From positions 45,260,001 to 45,324,000 of the forward strand of contig NC_087450.1 in NCBI RefSeq assembly GCF_036321535.1: a DNA stretch of 64,000 bases, written 5' to 3'. A model generated the notes under the pieces. It was given only the letters and a program-made list of their open reading frames with translations, was not told the origin of the DNA and made no database searches. Every line of letters starts with the position of its first letter. The stretch's first letter is position 1. Shown here one piece after another: positions 11,201 through 21,945 of this stretch. The position numbers and the translations under genes were made by a program. The stretch comes from Camelus dromedarius. Its lineage: Eukaryota.

Positions 11201-14200
11201 GGGTTCAGGGCAGGAGTGGGGAGAGCGTTCTGACCAATCCCAGAGGAGGCACTCCCCTCTCACTGCTGGGCTTCAGTGACCTCCAGGCTCTGCCAGACCA
11301 AGCCCCTGTCCCAAGGGGCTGTTTAATTGTTGGAGACTTCTGGAGAGAAATGAGGCAGTACCCTGGCCACATGCCAGCATCTGGACCTGCAGACCCAGGC
11401 CTCCTATAGTCAAGGCCACGCTTCCTGCTCTTCATTCCAACTTCCTGTCCCCTAGCCTTCTCATCTTCCATTGATATTTTAGTTTCTTGGATCTGAGAGT
11501 CCACACACAAAAGCCAGGAGAGGACTACAATAGGAGAAGGGGAGAACTTGCTCCCACCTGTGCCTAGGGAGAGGATGTGGAAGTTGGGGCTTTTCCACTA
11601 GTGGGCATGGGGTGATCCCAAATAGATCTGTGCTCAGGGGTAGGCTCTCCCCACCCCCACCTCAACCCCGTGCTGAATCTGGTTGCAGTGACGGCATGAG
11701 AACTGGCACCTGCCCAGGGGCATGATGTCAAACCTGCGCCAGTGTCTACCCGCTGGGCTCCTCGCCCAGCCTGGCATTGGGGCATTACTACCCAGCAGCC
11801 CCTTTTCCTGCCCCATCAGGGCTCAGGCACTATGTCTCGGCTGGCCTCCAGCCCCAACCCCCTGGAAACAAGTCCAAGGAAAGGAGAGTCAGAACACTGG
11901 AGGGTCCAGACCAACCAGATCTGTCTAGGAAGACCCCCAGAGTCTAGAGTGGTTTGGGCGTGTTTGGGCTCTGGGTTAGGGAAGGTGGGATGAGGAATCT
12001 GAATGTCAGTCCTTCCTGCTCAAACAATCACCTGGACCAGAAATGCAGGTCTTGCTCTATGCTTGGATCAAAGCCTTAGACCACCCTGGAGCTGCTGCAG
12101 GCCCCTGATGATCTGTGGGCAGAGGAAGACCTGGGCAGTGTTCTGTCTGAAAGGGACAGAACTGGCAGGCCTGCAGGCTCCACACCACCTACTCACTCCT
12201 GCTGCTGCCCGTTCACTTGGTAATCTCTCCGGCCTGATGGGCATGGTTTGGGGGCCTGGGATCCATCTTTCTCAAAGACTGCAGGCTTCCAGGGCTGTGG
12301 GACTTGAAGTCAGGCCCTTTGGTTTTCATTCCTGCTCTGCCTCTAGCTCGTGTGTGACTGATGGTAAGCCTTGAAGAGGGAAGACACACCTTTCTTTGTG
12401 ACTGTTTCCCTCCCAGGAATATTGCTCCTTGCCCTCCACAAAGTGACAAGGAACAAAGGAACACATTCTGGGGAATCAGAGAGGAAGTACCTTAGTCCAG
12501 GAAGTGTCTTTGATATGCAGGCCTTTGGGACCTTGTTTGGGCAGGAACCCCCTGTGAGTAGCAGCCACAGGAGCCTCTTGGTGCCACTGCCCCCTGAGCC
12601 CAAGTTTCAGCCTGTGCTGGGAATTCCCTGGCCTCCGGCTGGCTTCCCCTTGAGAGAAGGCCTGGTTCAGGCCCCAGCTCACTCCTTACCAAGTCACCTC
12701 ATCTCTCCAAGACATTAAAGGGAGGTGTGACCTCTACCTTCCAGATCTTTTGTGAGGATTAAATGTGTGAGAGCCCTTTGTATACTGTAAATGTCTTGCC
12801 AAAGTAGAAGGGCAAACTGTTAGTTCCTTCACTTAAGCAGTGGCTGTCTTTCTGTTCCACCCTCCCCAGGCCTTCTCAGGGTCAGTCTTTCCTTTATGCG
12901 TGCCACAGCCGCTCACTCCCCTCCCTGGGCTTGCAGCTGGTGACCCCAAGTTGTTAGGGCAGGGGGATATGGAGTTAAGTGCTAACTGCGTGGAGCAAGC
13001 CATCAGTTCCCCTGCTCCCACACCATGAGCCTGAGTGCGGTCCGTTGGGCTAGACAGCATTCTCAGTGCCCATCCTGGGACAGTCCTGTTTTCTGGGATG
13101 ATACATTTGACATTTCTCCTCAGTTTATTTCTGAGCATCTTCCAGGTGCTTGCTTAGGTGTGGTGGGGGATAAAAGAACAAAGATGTCCAGGATTCTGTA
13201 CTTGCCCTCTGGGAGGCCAAGTCTAGCTATGTTCTAGAAAGAACCTCCACCACTCTGGGAGTTTCAGGGAGAGGAGAGGCAGGGCTCCCTTGATGGGTGT
13301 ACTGAGGGTCCCAGAGCTGTTCCACGGCTGGGCATGCCAGCAGCCTAGGTCACCTGTGGGTGTCCTGGCCCCAGCTCCAGCCCCAGCCGCAGCTCTCGGC
13401 CTTACTCAGCTGCCTGTGACGAGGCTGGCCAGGGGCAGGGCTGTGCAGAGGGTGCGGGGGAAGAGCAGTGAGTGTGCAGCCAGCACCGACGTCAGAGCCA
13501 GCTCTGGGCCAAGGAGTGGGGTTGAAGGATGAGGATGTGTTTGCCCAGTGCTAATTGAGGGCACAGGGACAGTGGTGGCTGCTGGGCTGGAGGGGGCTCT
13601 CATTACTCAGTGAGATGGACAGGCAAGCCAGAGGTCACACGGTCACTCCCAAGCGGCCCTAGAAGTATGTGTTTGCTAGAAACCATCACACCAGCATAAC
13701 TGAGTGGGGGCTCTGTAAATAGTGGTAATTTTTGTCTTGGTTTCTAGGTGTGGGTATCCAGCTTGTGCCACTTGGAGCCGGGTATCTGTGCAAGTGAGGG
13801 GAGGGGAAGCGGGGGCAAAGACCTGGAGAGAAATGGCCATAATACCTACTGGTAGCTCAGTCTGGGTCTTGAATGGGGGCCTGGGTTTACCTGATCAGGC
13901 CAGGAGATGACCGGGACTCTTCCACACAGGAACTCTAACTCAGCCAGTCATGCTTCTGCCTGGGACCATTTGAGCACTCATGTTTTAGAGTTATTCTTGC
14001 TGTTCTCCACAAAGAGAGACCCCAAAACCAAAGGGAAGGACATTGGCCAGGGTCTTGCTTTGAGCTGGGGTAAAAAACCCTCAGGATCCCTTACCATTCT
14101 ACGCGTGATCTTTTCATAGTACGGTGTCCTGGAAAGAACACCGTCTAGGAAATCAAGCCACCTGGTTCTTGCCTTGGCTTAGCCACTTACTGACCTGCTG

Positions 14201-14604
14201 GGATATTAGATCCCAGACCTTCATTTCCATACCTTTAAAATAAGGGGTTTGCACAGAATTATCTGGAAGGCTTTCCCAGTCCTGACAGTTGGTGCTTCTC
14301 AGCCCCTGGCACCTTAGATTCTCCTTCCTACCTGTGGCTTCTGACTCCGACTCCCCTTCACTGCTCAGTGCAGAGTTCTTGGGCCCTGGCCTGCTCAAGG
14401 CTGCTGCTCCCAGTTTCTAACAGGACACATATGAGGTGTCCTGTTAGACACCTTAAGGCAGCAGGAAGAGACTGGCCATTTGCCCCAAAATTAAGCCCTT
14501 GGGCTCAGAGTGCCAGAGCCTCATTCAGTCAGCAGACTTACCTCCCTTCTTGAGATGGCACCCTGCCCCTGGGAAGTATCCTGACACCTGTGTACCCTGC
14601 ACAG

Positions 14605-14720
14605 GGTCTCTGATGGGCCTGGGTGACGTTATCTCACAGCAGCTGGTGGAGAGACGAGGTCTGCGGGAACACCAGACTGGCCGGACCCTGACCATGGTTT
14701 CTCTGGGCTGTGGCTTTGTG
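14605..14720 (+). CDS. MPV17: MPV17 exon 3
   Basis: acag|GG TCT CTG ATG ... TTT GTG|gtaagg; [17 protein letters not shown]...[13 protein letters not shown]. Confidence 0.97.
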
Positions 14721-14922
14721 GTAAGGGCTGCTGGTGGATTGAACAGTGGTCTTAGTTCCCTGTCATCCTTTAGTTTTTCTTGGCCCCTCTCACATCTTAG
14801 CCAGCCTTGAGTGTCTGCTTCCCAGGGGTTTGGTTTCTAATGCTCAGGGGAGGAGCTTTGTTATATGAAAGCCTAGATCTCCCCTCTGCATCCCTGTTCC
14901 CTTCTCTGGGGTTTACTTTCAG

Positions 14923-15015
14923 GGCCCTGTAGTAGGAGGCTGGTATAGGGTTTTGGACCGGCTCATCCCTGGGACCACCAAGGTGGATGCACTAAAGAAG
15001 ATGCTGTTGGATCAG
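14923..15015 (+). CDS. MPV17: MPV17 exon 4
   Basis: ttcag|GGC CCT GTA ... GAT CAG|gtgagc; [31 protein letters not shown]. Confidence 0.97.
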
Positions 15016-15109
15016 GTGAGCAGAAAGAAAGGGAGTTGGGAAGGGTAAGCCATGTTGGGGGAGGGCAGGGGTTTAGGTGCTCACAGGCCTTTTAATTTCT
15101 CTTCCCTAG

Positions 15110-15292
<183 letters not shown>

Positions 15293-15453
15293 TAGAGGCA
15301 CAAGTAGGGGAGGGGAGGAGGTGGTGGGGTCCTGAGGGGGTGGGGTGCAGGAGTGTCTCCTTTGAACAGAAGTCTGTATGAGATACTCAGACTGGGAGGT
15401 GGGAGCCACTTGGAAATGCAGGTGTTCACTTGTTCCTTCTCTTGTCTCCTCAG

Positions 15454-15486
15454 GATTATCCTGATGCCCTCATCACTAACTACTAT
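15454..15486 (+). CDS. MPV17: MPV17 exon 6 (33 nt)
   Basis: ctcag|GAT TAT CCT ... TAC TAT|gtaaga; DYPDALITNYY. Confidence 0.96.
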
Positions 15487-15748
15487 GTAAGAGCTGACCC
15501 CTCAGTTGCCTGTTCTCCTGCCTTCTTGAGTCCAGAAGTACCCAGGGATTGGGGGTCCTCCTGACACAGAAATCCCTCAGTTGGGATTACTCTCTCATTC
15601 CCGGTGTGGGCACTGTACTCAGGGAAGCACTCACCTGGTTGTGCAGCGTGTTCTTGTCTGCAGAAGTTGGAGTAAGGCCAGGCAGGGCAGTGAGCCTGGG
15701 TCAGGTGATGGAGGCAGCCCCCCAACCTTTACCTTCTCTCTCTTATAG

Positions 15749-15801
15749 CTCTGGCCTGCCGTGCAGTTAGCCAACTTCTACCTGGTCCCTCTTCATTACA
15801 G
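15749..15801 (+). CDS. MPV17: MPV17 exon 7
   Basis: ttatag|CTC TGG CCT ... TAC AG|gtatga; LWPAVQLANFYLVPLHY. Confidence 0.97.
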
Positions 15802-16768
15802 GTATGACAGATCCCCGCCCCACTCTTCAAGGAAGATGTACATTATGAACAATTAGAGACAAATTGATTCTCATTTTAACTTACTTAGACCCTCCAGAAC
15901 ACTCTGCCCTGGTCAGAGGTCCTCAGACTCCTGAGCATTTTATTCAGAACCTCTCATCTGTTACACAGCTGTCCCAGTGTCTGCCCATTGGCCTTCTTTC
16001 ATCTTCCTAGGAAGACTCTTGCTCCACAACCCTTGTCTCTAACTTTTGTGGCATATCTGCAGGGACAATGCCTACTGTGCTTCAGCCTAGGTTAGGCAGA
16101 AAGGTAGACTAGTGGGAACTTGGTCAGGTTAGTGCACAGCAAAGTATTATTTTACCCTACGTAATACAGGAAGTTGCTGAAACCATAATAAAAAATATAG
16201 TGGAACTCAAGATGAGTGGTTAAATTATTGGAAGTGGCTTTGGGAACAGGAAAAAAACAGGAAACTCTTCAGAGGGAACAGGATCAAAATTGACATGAAT
16301 AGCATAGCTAAAAGGAATACAGGCTTATGAACCAAATCCTAAGCTTTAGGGTCCTTGCAGTGCTCTTTGAAACTAGAGCAAGGTAAATTTAAAATAAAGA
16401 AGAGGTACTACTTTATATGGTGGGCAGCCCATTTTTGGAAGATGAGATCTGTACAAGATGGACAGACGTGTATCTAGAAAGAGCCTGGACGGGAGTATGA
16501 ATAACAGCCATGCATGGAAAGATGGCTGCTGAAGGGGGTTAACTCTGAGGCTCTTGTCTGGGAGACAGAGCTCTGGGCCAGCACCAGAACCTGAGCTGGT
16601 GGTCCTCTGGTCTGAACCACACATCCCTTCATGGGGGCTGAAGGAAGGAGACCTAAATCTGGATGTTCTTGGAGGTAATCCCTCCTTTTGCACTGCACTT
16701 CGCCATCTCTCCCTGCTTGCTTGCTCCTTATTCTTCCTCTTCTTCATGATGCCATCCCTGTTCCTTAG

Positions 16769-16838
16769 GTTGGCTGTTGTCCAGTGTGTTGCTGTTATCT
16801 GGAACTCCTACCTGTCCTGGAAGGCACATCGGCTCTAA
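16769..16838 (+). CDS. MPV17: MPV17 last coding exon
   Basis: cttag|G TTG GCT ... CTC TAA; [22 protein letters not shown]; seven exons sum to 531 nt = 176 aa. Confidence 0.97.
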
Positions 16839-17455
16839 GCCTGCCTCACTCTATTGTTTCCACCTTGCAGTGATACAGCTTGACCCTGGAAGGGTCAGAC
16901 CACCTCCTCAAAGTGGGCACATCAGTTTTCACGGGGTTCGATGCCTGGGCAGAACTTGATGGGATTAACACTCTGAAAGGCAATTTCACTCTAAAATGTA
17001 ACCTGACTCCTACTGAAATCACCAAAACCTTGATAATGGTCTTATAGCCACCACATAGTAGGCACTCCATAAGTACTTGTTGAACTATATGAGTTTGTCA
17101 ACTTTGGTTTATACTCATATCCTTGCAAATGCCACTCATCCCCATTCTTCATGGGCACACATTTGTTTTTCTAAACCTCCCCAGCCCTAGTGTAGCTCCA
17201 TTTTGGGAGATCGCCTCAAACCCTTTATATGGTGCCTCCATAAATATGTTACTAAGTAGGTCATCCACAACCTACAGAGGCAATAAGTAAGACTTAGCAG
17301 AAAACTACTGGGGAGTTGAATTTTCTAGAGCTTGGAAAGAAGCCTGGAGAACACCAAGCCCAGTCTCCTGTTTTAGATGAGGACACTGGGGTCCACAGAA
17401 GTGAGGTGACCTGTTGACACCACGAGTTTGTGGCAGAGTAGAAACTTGAACCCAT

Positions 17456-17754
17456 GTGCTATAGATTAAATGTTCATATCCTCCCCAAATTAGTATGGTG
17501 AAAACCTAATGCCCAAGGTGATGGTATTAGGAGGTGGGGGCCTTTGGGAAGTGATTAAATCATAAGGGCAAAGCAAGAGTCCATGTGAGGACACAGCAAG
17601 AAGATGCCATCTATGAATCAGAAAGCAGACACCAAACCTACTGGCGCCATTATCTTGGACTTCCCAGTCTCCTGAACTGTGAGAAATAAAGGTTTGTTGT
17701 TTATAAGCCACCCAGTTTATGGTGTTTTTGTTACAGCAGCTCAAACAGACTGAC
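17456..17754 (+). mobile_element. MLT1A-like MaLR solo LTR
   Basis: tgctatagattaaatgtt..ccccaaattagtatggtgaaaacctaatgcccaaggtgatggtattaggaggtggggcctttggga..gtgagaaataaa..aagccacccagtttatggtg..gcagctcaaacagactgaca. Confidence 0.85.
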
Positions 17755-18175
17755 ATCAAGTTTCCTTACTTCCTACCCAGTGATCTTAACCTGGAGGGAC
17801 AAAGATAATGCTGCTGTTGTGATTCCCAAGAGAAAACTTAACTTGGCTAAACTTCTGCCTTGTGGCAAACCCACAAAAGCAGATGGATTAGCCTTTTGTT
17901 GTCTGAATGTACCCTGAGTGTAGAGACCCTCTTTTTCATGGTACCTCAGTCAGACAGCCCTAGAATTCAGGTCCTGGGGCTTGAATAAGATCAAGAATAC
18001 TGGCAGCTCAAGCTGCTTCAGCTGCCTCTTGGGTGGCTACCATGGTAGTAGCTGAGTGCCAGCGGTGCTGTCCTGATGCCTCCATTTACAGAACTGATTG
18101 CTAGGGCAAGGGACTAGGTCTGAGCAGCACAGCGTTTTCCCAGTGCCTCTGGCCTCTTCTGAGGCTAAGGACAAG

Positions 18176-18196
18176 GTCAGCACCACGGACAGCCCC
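18176..18196 (+). promoter_or_regulatory. RE1/NRSE (REST-binding site) upstream of UCN
   Basis: GTCAGCACCACGGACAGCCCC, 19/21 identity to canonical TTCAGCACCACGGACAGCGCC. Confidence 0.85.
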
Positions 18197-18488
18197 ACGG
18201 TCCAGCCTCCCTTTCGTCTGCCAGAGAAGGCTGGAGATCTGGACTAATCTGGTCTGGGGATGGGACCCCTAGTCACTGCCGGCTGTTCTAAGCGGGTGAA
18301 AAACTCATGGCTCCCAGAGCAATTTTTATGCCCTAGCTGGCTTCTCGCTTTCTTGAGTCCGGTGTCACTTCCAGAGACGCGAAGAGGCTAGTGTCCTGAG
18401 GCGCGCCCCTCCGGGTCTTCACAGCCGCAATGGATCGGACTCGAAGCTGCGGCCGTTTATTGTTCTACAACCAGTGCATGTTCCTCGC

Positions 18489-18523
18489 TGACGTCAGTCG
18501 GAGCTGTCCTGGTGCTATATAAG
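18489..18523 (+). promoter_or_regulatory. UCN: UCN core promoter: palindromic CRE and TATA box
   Basis: TGACGTCA 18489-18496 and TATATAAG 18516-18523; a CRE-TATA arrangement is described for UCN promoters. Confidence 0.9.
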
Positions 18524-18544
18524 GCTGGCGGCGGTCCCGGGACA

Positions 18545-18635
18545 GACCCTGTGTTCCCCAAGGCGCCCTCAGCCCGCCCCGAGGGTCAGAGACTGGAGCT
18601 CCGTCCTGCACCGTGCAGACGCTCTCCGGCAACCT
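18545..18635 (+). other. UCN: UCN non-coding exon 1 (5' end approximate)
   Basis: ~25 nt after TATA; donor cct|GTGAGT at 18636; 261-nt intron to gtccag| at 18896. Confidence 0.8.
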
Positions 18636-18909
18636 GTGAGTGGCTCTGAGCATCTGCCCAGATTCCCTCAGCACCAGAACTGCGCTCAGCTCACCTACCG
18701 CGACCCACTAAGAGGGAGGGAGGAAGAAAAGGGTGGCAAAGAACTGGGCAGCGGCCGGGGCTGGAGAGAAGGCTGTGGGCACCGGGCGGCAGTCTCAGGG
18801 GCCCGGCAGGGGCGCTGGAAGTGCGCGGGAAGGGGAGTGGCACCACCTACAACTGCCCCAGACGCACCTCACCCTGCGCTGCTCCTGTGTGTCCAGGGTT
18901 GGTGGCACC

Positions 18910-19290
18910 ATGAGGCTGGCGGGACGCGCGGCGCTGCTGGCTGCGCTGCTGCTCCTGGCACAGCTGCGCCCGGGGAGCAGCCAGTGGAACCCGAGGACGG
19001 CGGCGGCCGGGGTCCAGGACCCGAGTCTGCGCTGGAGCCCGAGGACGCGGAACCACGGTGGTGGGGCCCGCGCGCTCCTCTTGCTGCTGGCGGAGCGCTT
19101 CCCGCGCCACGCCGGACAAGGCGGTTGGGGACCCGGGATCGCAGGCGAGCGGCCGCGACGGGACGACCCTCCACTCTCCATTGACCTCACCTTCCACCTG
19201 CTGCGGACCCTGCTGGAACTGGCGCGGACGCAGAGTCAGCGGGAGCGCGCCGAACAGAACCGCATCATATTCGACTCGGTGGGCAAGTGA
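18910..19290 (+). CDS. UCN: Prepro-urocortin 1 (126 aa)
   Basis: Kozak GGCACCATGA; hydrophobic signal peptide; RPRR cleavage site then [42 protein letters not shown] (CRF family, amidation signal). Confidence 0.98.
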   Translation: MRLAGRAALLAALLLLAQLRPGSSQWNPRTAAAGVQDPSLRWSPRTRNHGGGARALLLLLAERFPRHAGQGGWGPGIAGERPRRDDPPLSIDLTFHLLRTLLELARTQSQRERAEQNRIIFDSVGK

Positions 19291-19430
19291 TCCGCGGGGT
19301 CTGGGTCCCCGAAAACCTCGACCCCCATCCTCTATCCCCAAGCTGGGACATGCGTGTGACAGGAACTGATCCAGTTCCGCGGGGCTAGCGCGGCCTAGGG
19401 ATACCCTGAGCACTCTCCGTATTACTAGTT

Positions 19431-19439
19431 TTTAATAAA
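19431..19439. terminator. Overlapping polyA signals: AATAAA (+, UCN) and ATTAAA (-, distal TRIM54)
   Basis: TTTAATAAA: AATAAA at 19434-19439; reverse complement of 19431-19436 is ATTAAA. Confidence 0.75.
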
Positions 19440-19842
19440 AGTGCTGAAGAGCCGTTGGCCTCTGTTGCGGGGAAGAGGGGAACCACAGCAGGGTGGGAAC
19501 CCGTGGGCAAGTGGGGCCTCCCAGGCCAGCGGGAGGGAACCAGATGCTGCCAGAAGGCTCCGCAAAAAAGGCTTTCTGCCAGGGTCCTGGGGTCTCCGTC
19601 ATCCCCCATGTCTCCCAGGAACTCAAGCCCTGGTGGCGCTGCACCACCCCGACCCTCATCCCTTGGCACTGGGCTGGGGAATCCGTGCCTAATATGACAG
19701 AGGTGCCCAACAGGGGTTCATTCCACTTCCGCCGCCAAAATGGTCCCAGATTTGGAGAGGGCGGGATGGTGATGCGATCGTCTGCGAAGCGAAGGCTGAC
19801 AGCGAGCAGTGAAAGGAGCTGCGGATTGGGACGCATTAGCCC

Positions 19843-19849
19843 TTTATTG
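19843..19849 (-). terminator. TRIM54: TRIM54 proximal polyA signal AATAAA (position within +/-1 nt)
   Basis: + strand TTTATT about 115 nt after the TRIM54 stop. Confidence 0.7.
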
Positions 19850-19960
19850 AGCCCCTCCCCCGCGGCGTGGCGTCGAGCTGTGTGACACGGTGGTCTCTGC
19901 TTAAGATCTTTCACGACTAGAGCGCCCGACCCCGGTGCCGGGCTCCCCAACAAGGGCGGG

Positions 19961-19977
19961 TCAGTGCAGGCCTGTGC
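19961..19977 (-). CDS. TRIM54: TRIM54 last coding exon (G)TGLH*
   Basis: minus strand tttctttcctag|GC ACA GGC CTG CAC TGA, in phase with previous exon ending GAA G|. Confidence 0.85.
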
Positions 19978-20282
19978 CTAGGAAAGAAAGCTCAGTGGGT
20001 AGGCACTACAAAGGAACTAGGCAACTCCGAAGCCCAAGTCACCCCCATTTCCCCGCCACGAGGGTTTCTCCTTCACTTCCCCGCCGGACCTGGTCTCCCA
20101 AACTCCCAGAGGAATGGATGGTGGGAAAAGAAGTTGTACTCCGGCAAGCGCGCTAGGGGGCGCGCCCCTCCTGGTTGAGGTTGGGAGTAGGGGCTACAAG
20201 CAAACCTGATGCAGCATTCTGGGGTATAGCTGGAGGAGTGGGCTGGAGCGTACCAGCCGGGCCCCGCCATGGCCACACTCAC

Positions 20283-20372
20283 CTTCCGGCCCACCTGGCC
20301 GCTCTTCCTCTGGTCCTGCGCTGCCTTCTTCCCCGTCCGGCGCTACCTCCTCCTCTTCCTCCCTAGAAGCGC
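20283..20372 (-). CDS. TRIM54: TRIM54 acidic-tail exon
   Basis: cccag|GC GCT TCT ... CCG GAA G|gtgagt; [29 protein letters not shown]. Confidence 0.9.
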
Positions 20373-20505
20373 CTGGGTCGAAGGAAGGCCGGGTAAGTTG
20401 AAGTCCCTGATTCTCTGGCCTTCATGCCCCTCCCTGCCCCGACCCGGAGGGTCTGGACGCCTGGTCCCGGCGGCCCGCCTCCCCCTACCTTCCTCGCTCC
20501 CTCAC

Positions 20506-20630
20506 CCGGCTGGAAGTCGATGGTCCTCAGCATTTCGGCCAAGTGCTCCACGCTCACGGTGAATTGCTCCATGCTTTCATAGCCCGGCTCTGGCCGTCCA
20601 GCCAACTCCACCTTCGACATTGCCCCGACC
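20506..20630 (-). CDS. TRIM54: TRIM54 COS-box exon
   Basis: ttcag|G GTC GGG GCA ATG ... CCG G|gtgagg; [41 protein letters not shown]. Confidence 0.95.
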
Positions 20631-20752
20631 CTGAAGCGGCGGCAGCGGCGGCGGCTCAGCTAGAAATTACCAGCCCCTTAGCCCCCCCCCCCCCCCCCGT
20701 GGCAGCGGAGCCCCCGCGGCCCCTTCTTTCCCTTCCCGCTCCATCTACTCAC

Positions 20753-20775
20753 TTATTGATCAGTTCCTTGGCCTG
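20753..20775 (-). CDS. TRIM54: TRIM54 23-nt micro-exon
   Basis: tgcag|CAG GCC AAG GAA CTG ATC AAT AA|gtgagt; QAKELIN(K). Confidence 0.92.
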
Positions 20776-21032
20776 CTGCAGGGAAGAAAGGAGGGTGAGA
20801 GTAAGCACTACGTCAGCCTCTGGCGGTCCCATTTCTGATCCCCACCACAGTCCTGCGGGGTAGGTGGGGATGCGCGTCCCAATTCGTTAAGGAGAAAACG
20901 GACTCAGAGGGGGTGCCTTGCCCAAGGCTGTGGGTCAAGTAGGTGCCAGAGATAAGACTTGAACGTGGTCTCCTGGTGCCAAGGCCCCTACTCCAGCCAC
21001 CAGGCAGCCTGCCACCCTCCCCCAGGGCCCAC

Positions 21033-21266
21033 CTGCAGGTAGAGCGCCATCTGCGGCTCCTCCATGGACTGGATGGCGGACTCCACCAGCTTAGAGGAGG
21101 CCTCCAGGTGGTCTCCGTACTGGCGGATGAGGCCCCTGACGCGCTGCAGCTTCTCCTCCTGCTCCCGGGCCAGCGCCTGCAGTAGCTCACCCTTTCGCTC
21201 CTCCAGCACCGCACACAGGGCCTCAAACCTCTGGTTTAGCAACTGCTTCTGCCTCCGGCTGTTGTC
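21033..21266 (-). CDS. TRIM54: TRIM54 coiled-coil exon
   Basis: tttcag|GAC AAC ... CTG CAG|gtgggc; [15 protein letters not shown]...MALYLQ, 234 nt. Confidence 0.96.
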
Positions 21267-21462
21267 CTGAAAGACCAGGAGCAAAGATGAGACCTCACAG
21301 CTGAGAGAGCAGCCGGCTGTTTGTCCCACCCTCCTCATTAGAGAGCCAAAAAGAAAAGTGACTTCTCAACTATACCTCAAATTAGTGGCAGAGCTAGAAC
21401 TCTAGCCAAGGGCTGCTGATTCCCAGATTTTTTTTCAGTAATAATAATAAAATGATATATAT

Positions 21463-21640
21463 TTTTGTTGAGGTTTAATTGACATATAACATATTAGCTT
21501 CAAGTGTACAACGTAATGATTCAATATTTGTATATATTGCAAAATGATCACAGTAGGGTTAGTTAACATCCATCACCACACATAGTTAAAAAAATTTTAT
21601 TTCTGCTTTGAGAAATTTTAAGATCTATTCTCTTAGCAAA
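21463..21640 (-). mobile_element. L1 3' UTR fragment
   Basis: ttgaggtttaattgacatataac..gtgtacaacgtaatgatt..gttaacatccatcacc, reversed L1 3' end. Confidence 0.7.
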
Positions 21641-21945
21641 TAATGATATTTTAAAGAAACTTCATGAGTGCTGTCTATATCTCTGGCCCTAGTTTTCACT
21701 TGTGTTCTCTCATTTAATTATTAAAAAGATCCAGTGAGGTAGCCATCATATCATTCTCACCATCACTATTTTATGTATTTAAAATCAAGCCAATCCAAAT
21801 ACAGAGAAGTTAAGTAACTGGACAAAAGTCACAGAGCTAGTGAGGGACAGACCTGCGATTCAGCAGCCTGGGTAAGCCCATCCCACTACTTGTGATGCAC
21901 CTCTAAGAGCCCAGAAACTTTCCCTCCCACCCATCCCAGGCTCAC

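Noticed and set aside
18636-19953. Multiple 100-190 aa ORFs overlapping or antisense to UCN
   Set aside because: Expected in GC-rich CpG-island DNA; Arg/Gly/Pro/Ala-rich, non-ATG starts, no recognisable domain.
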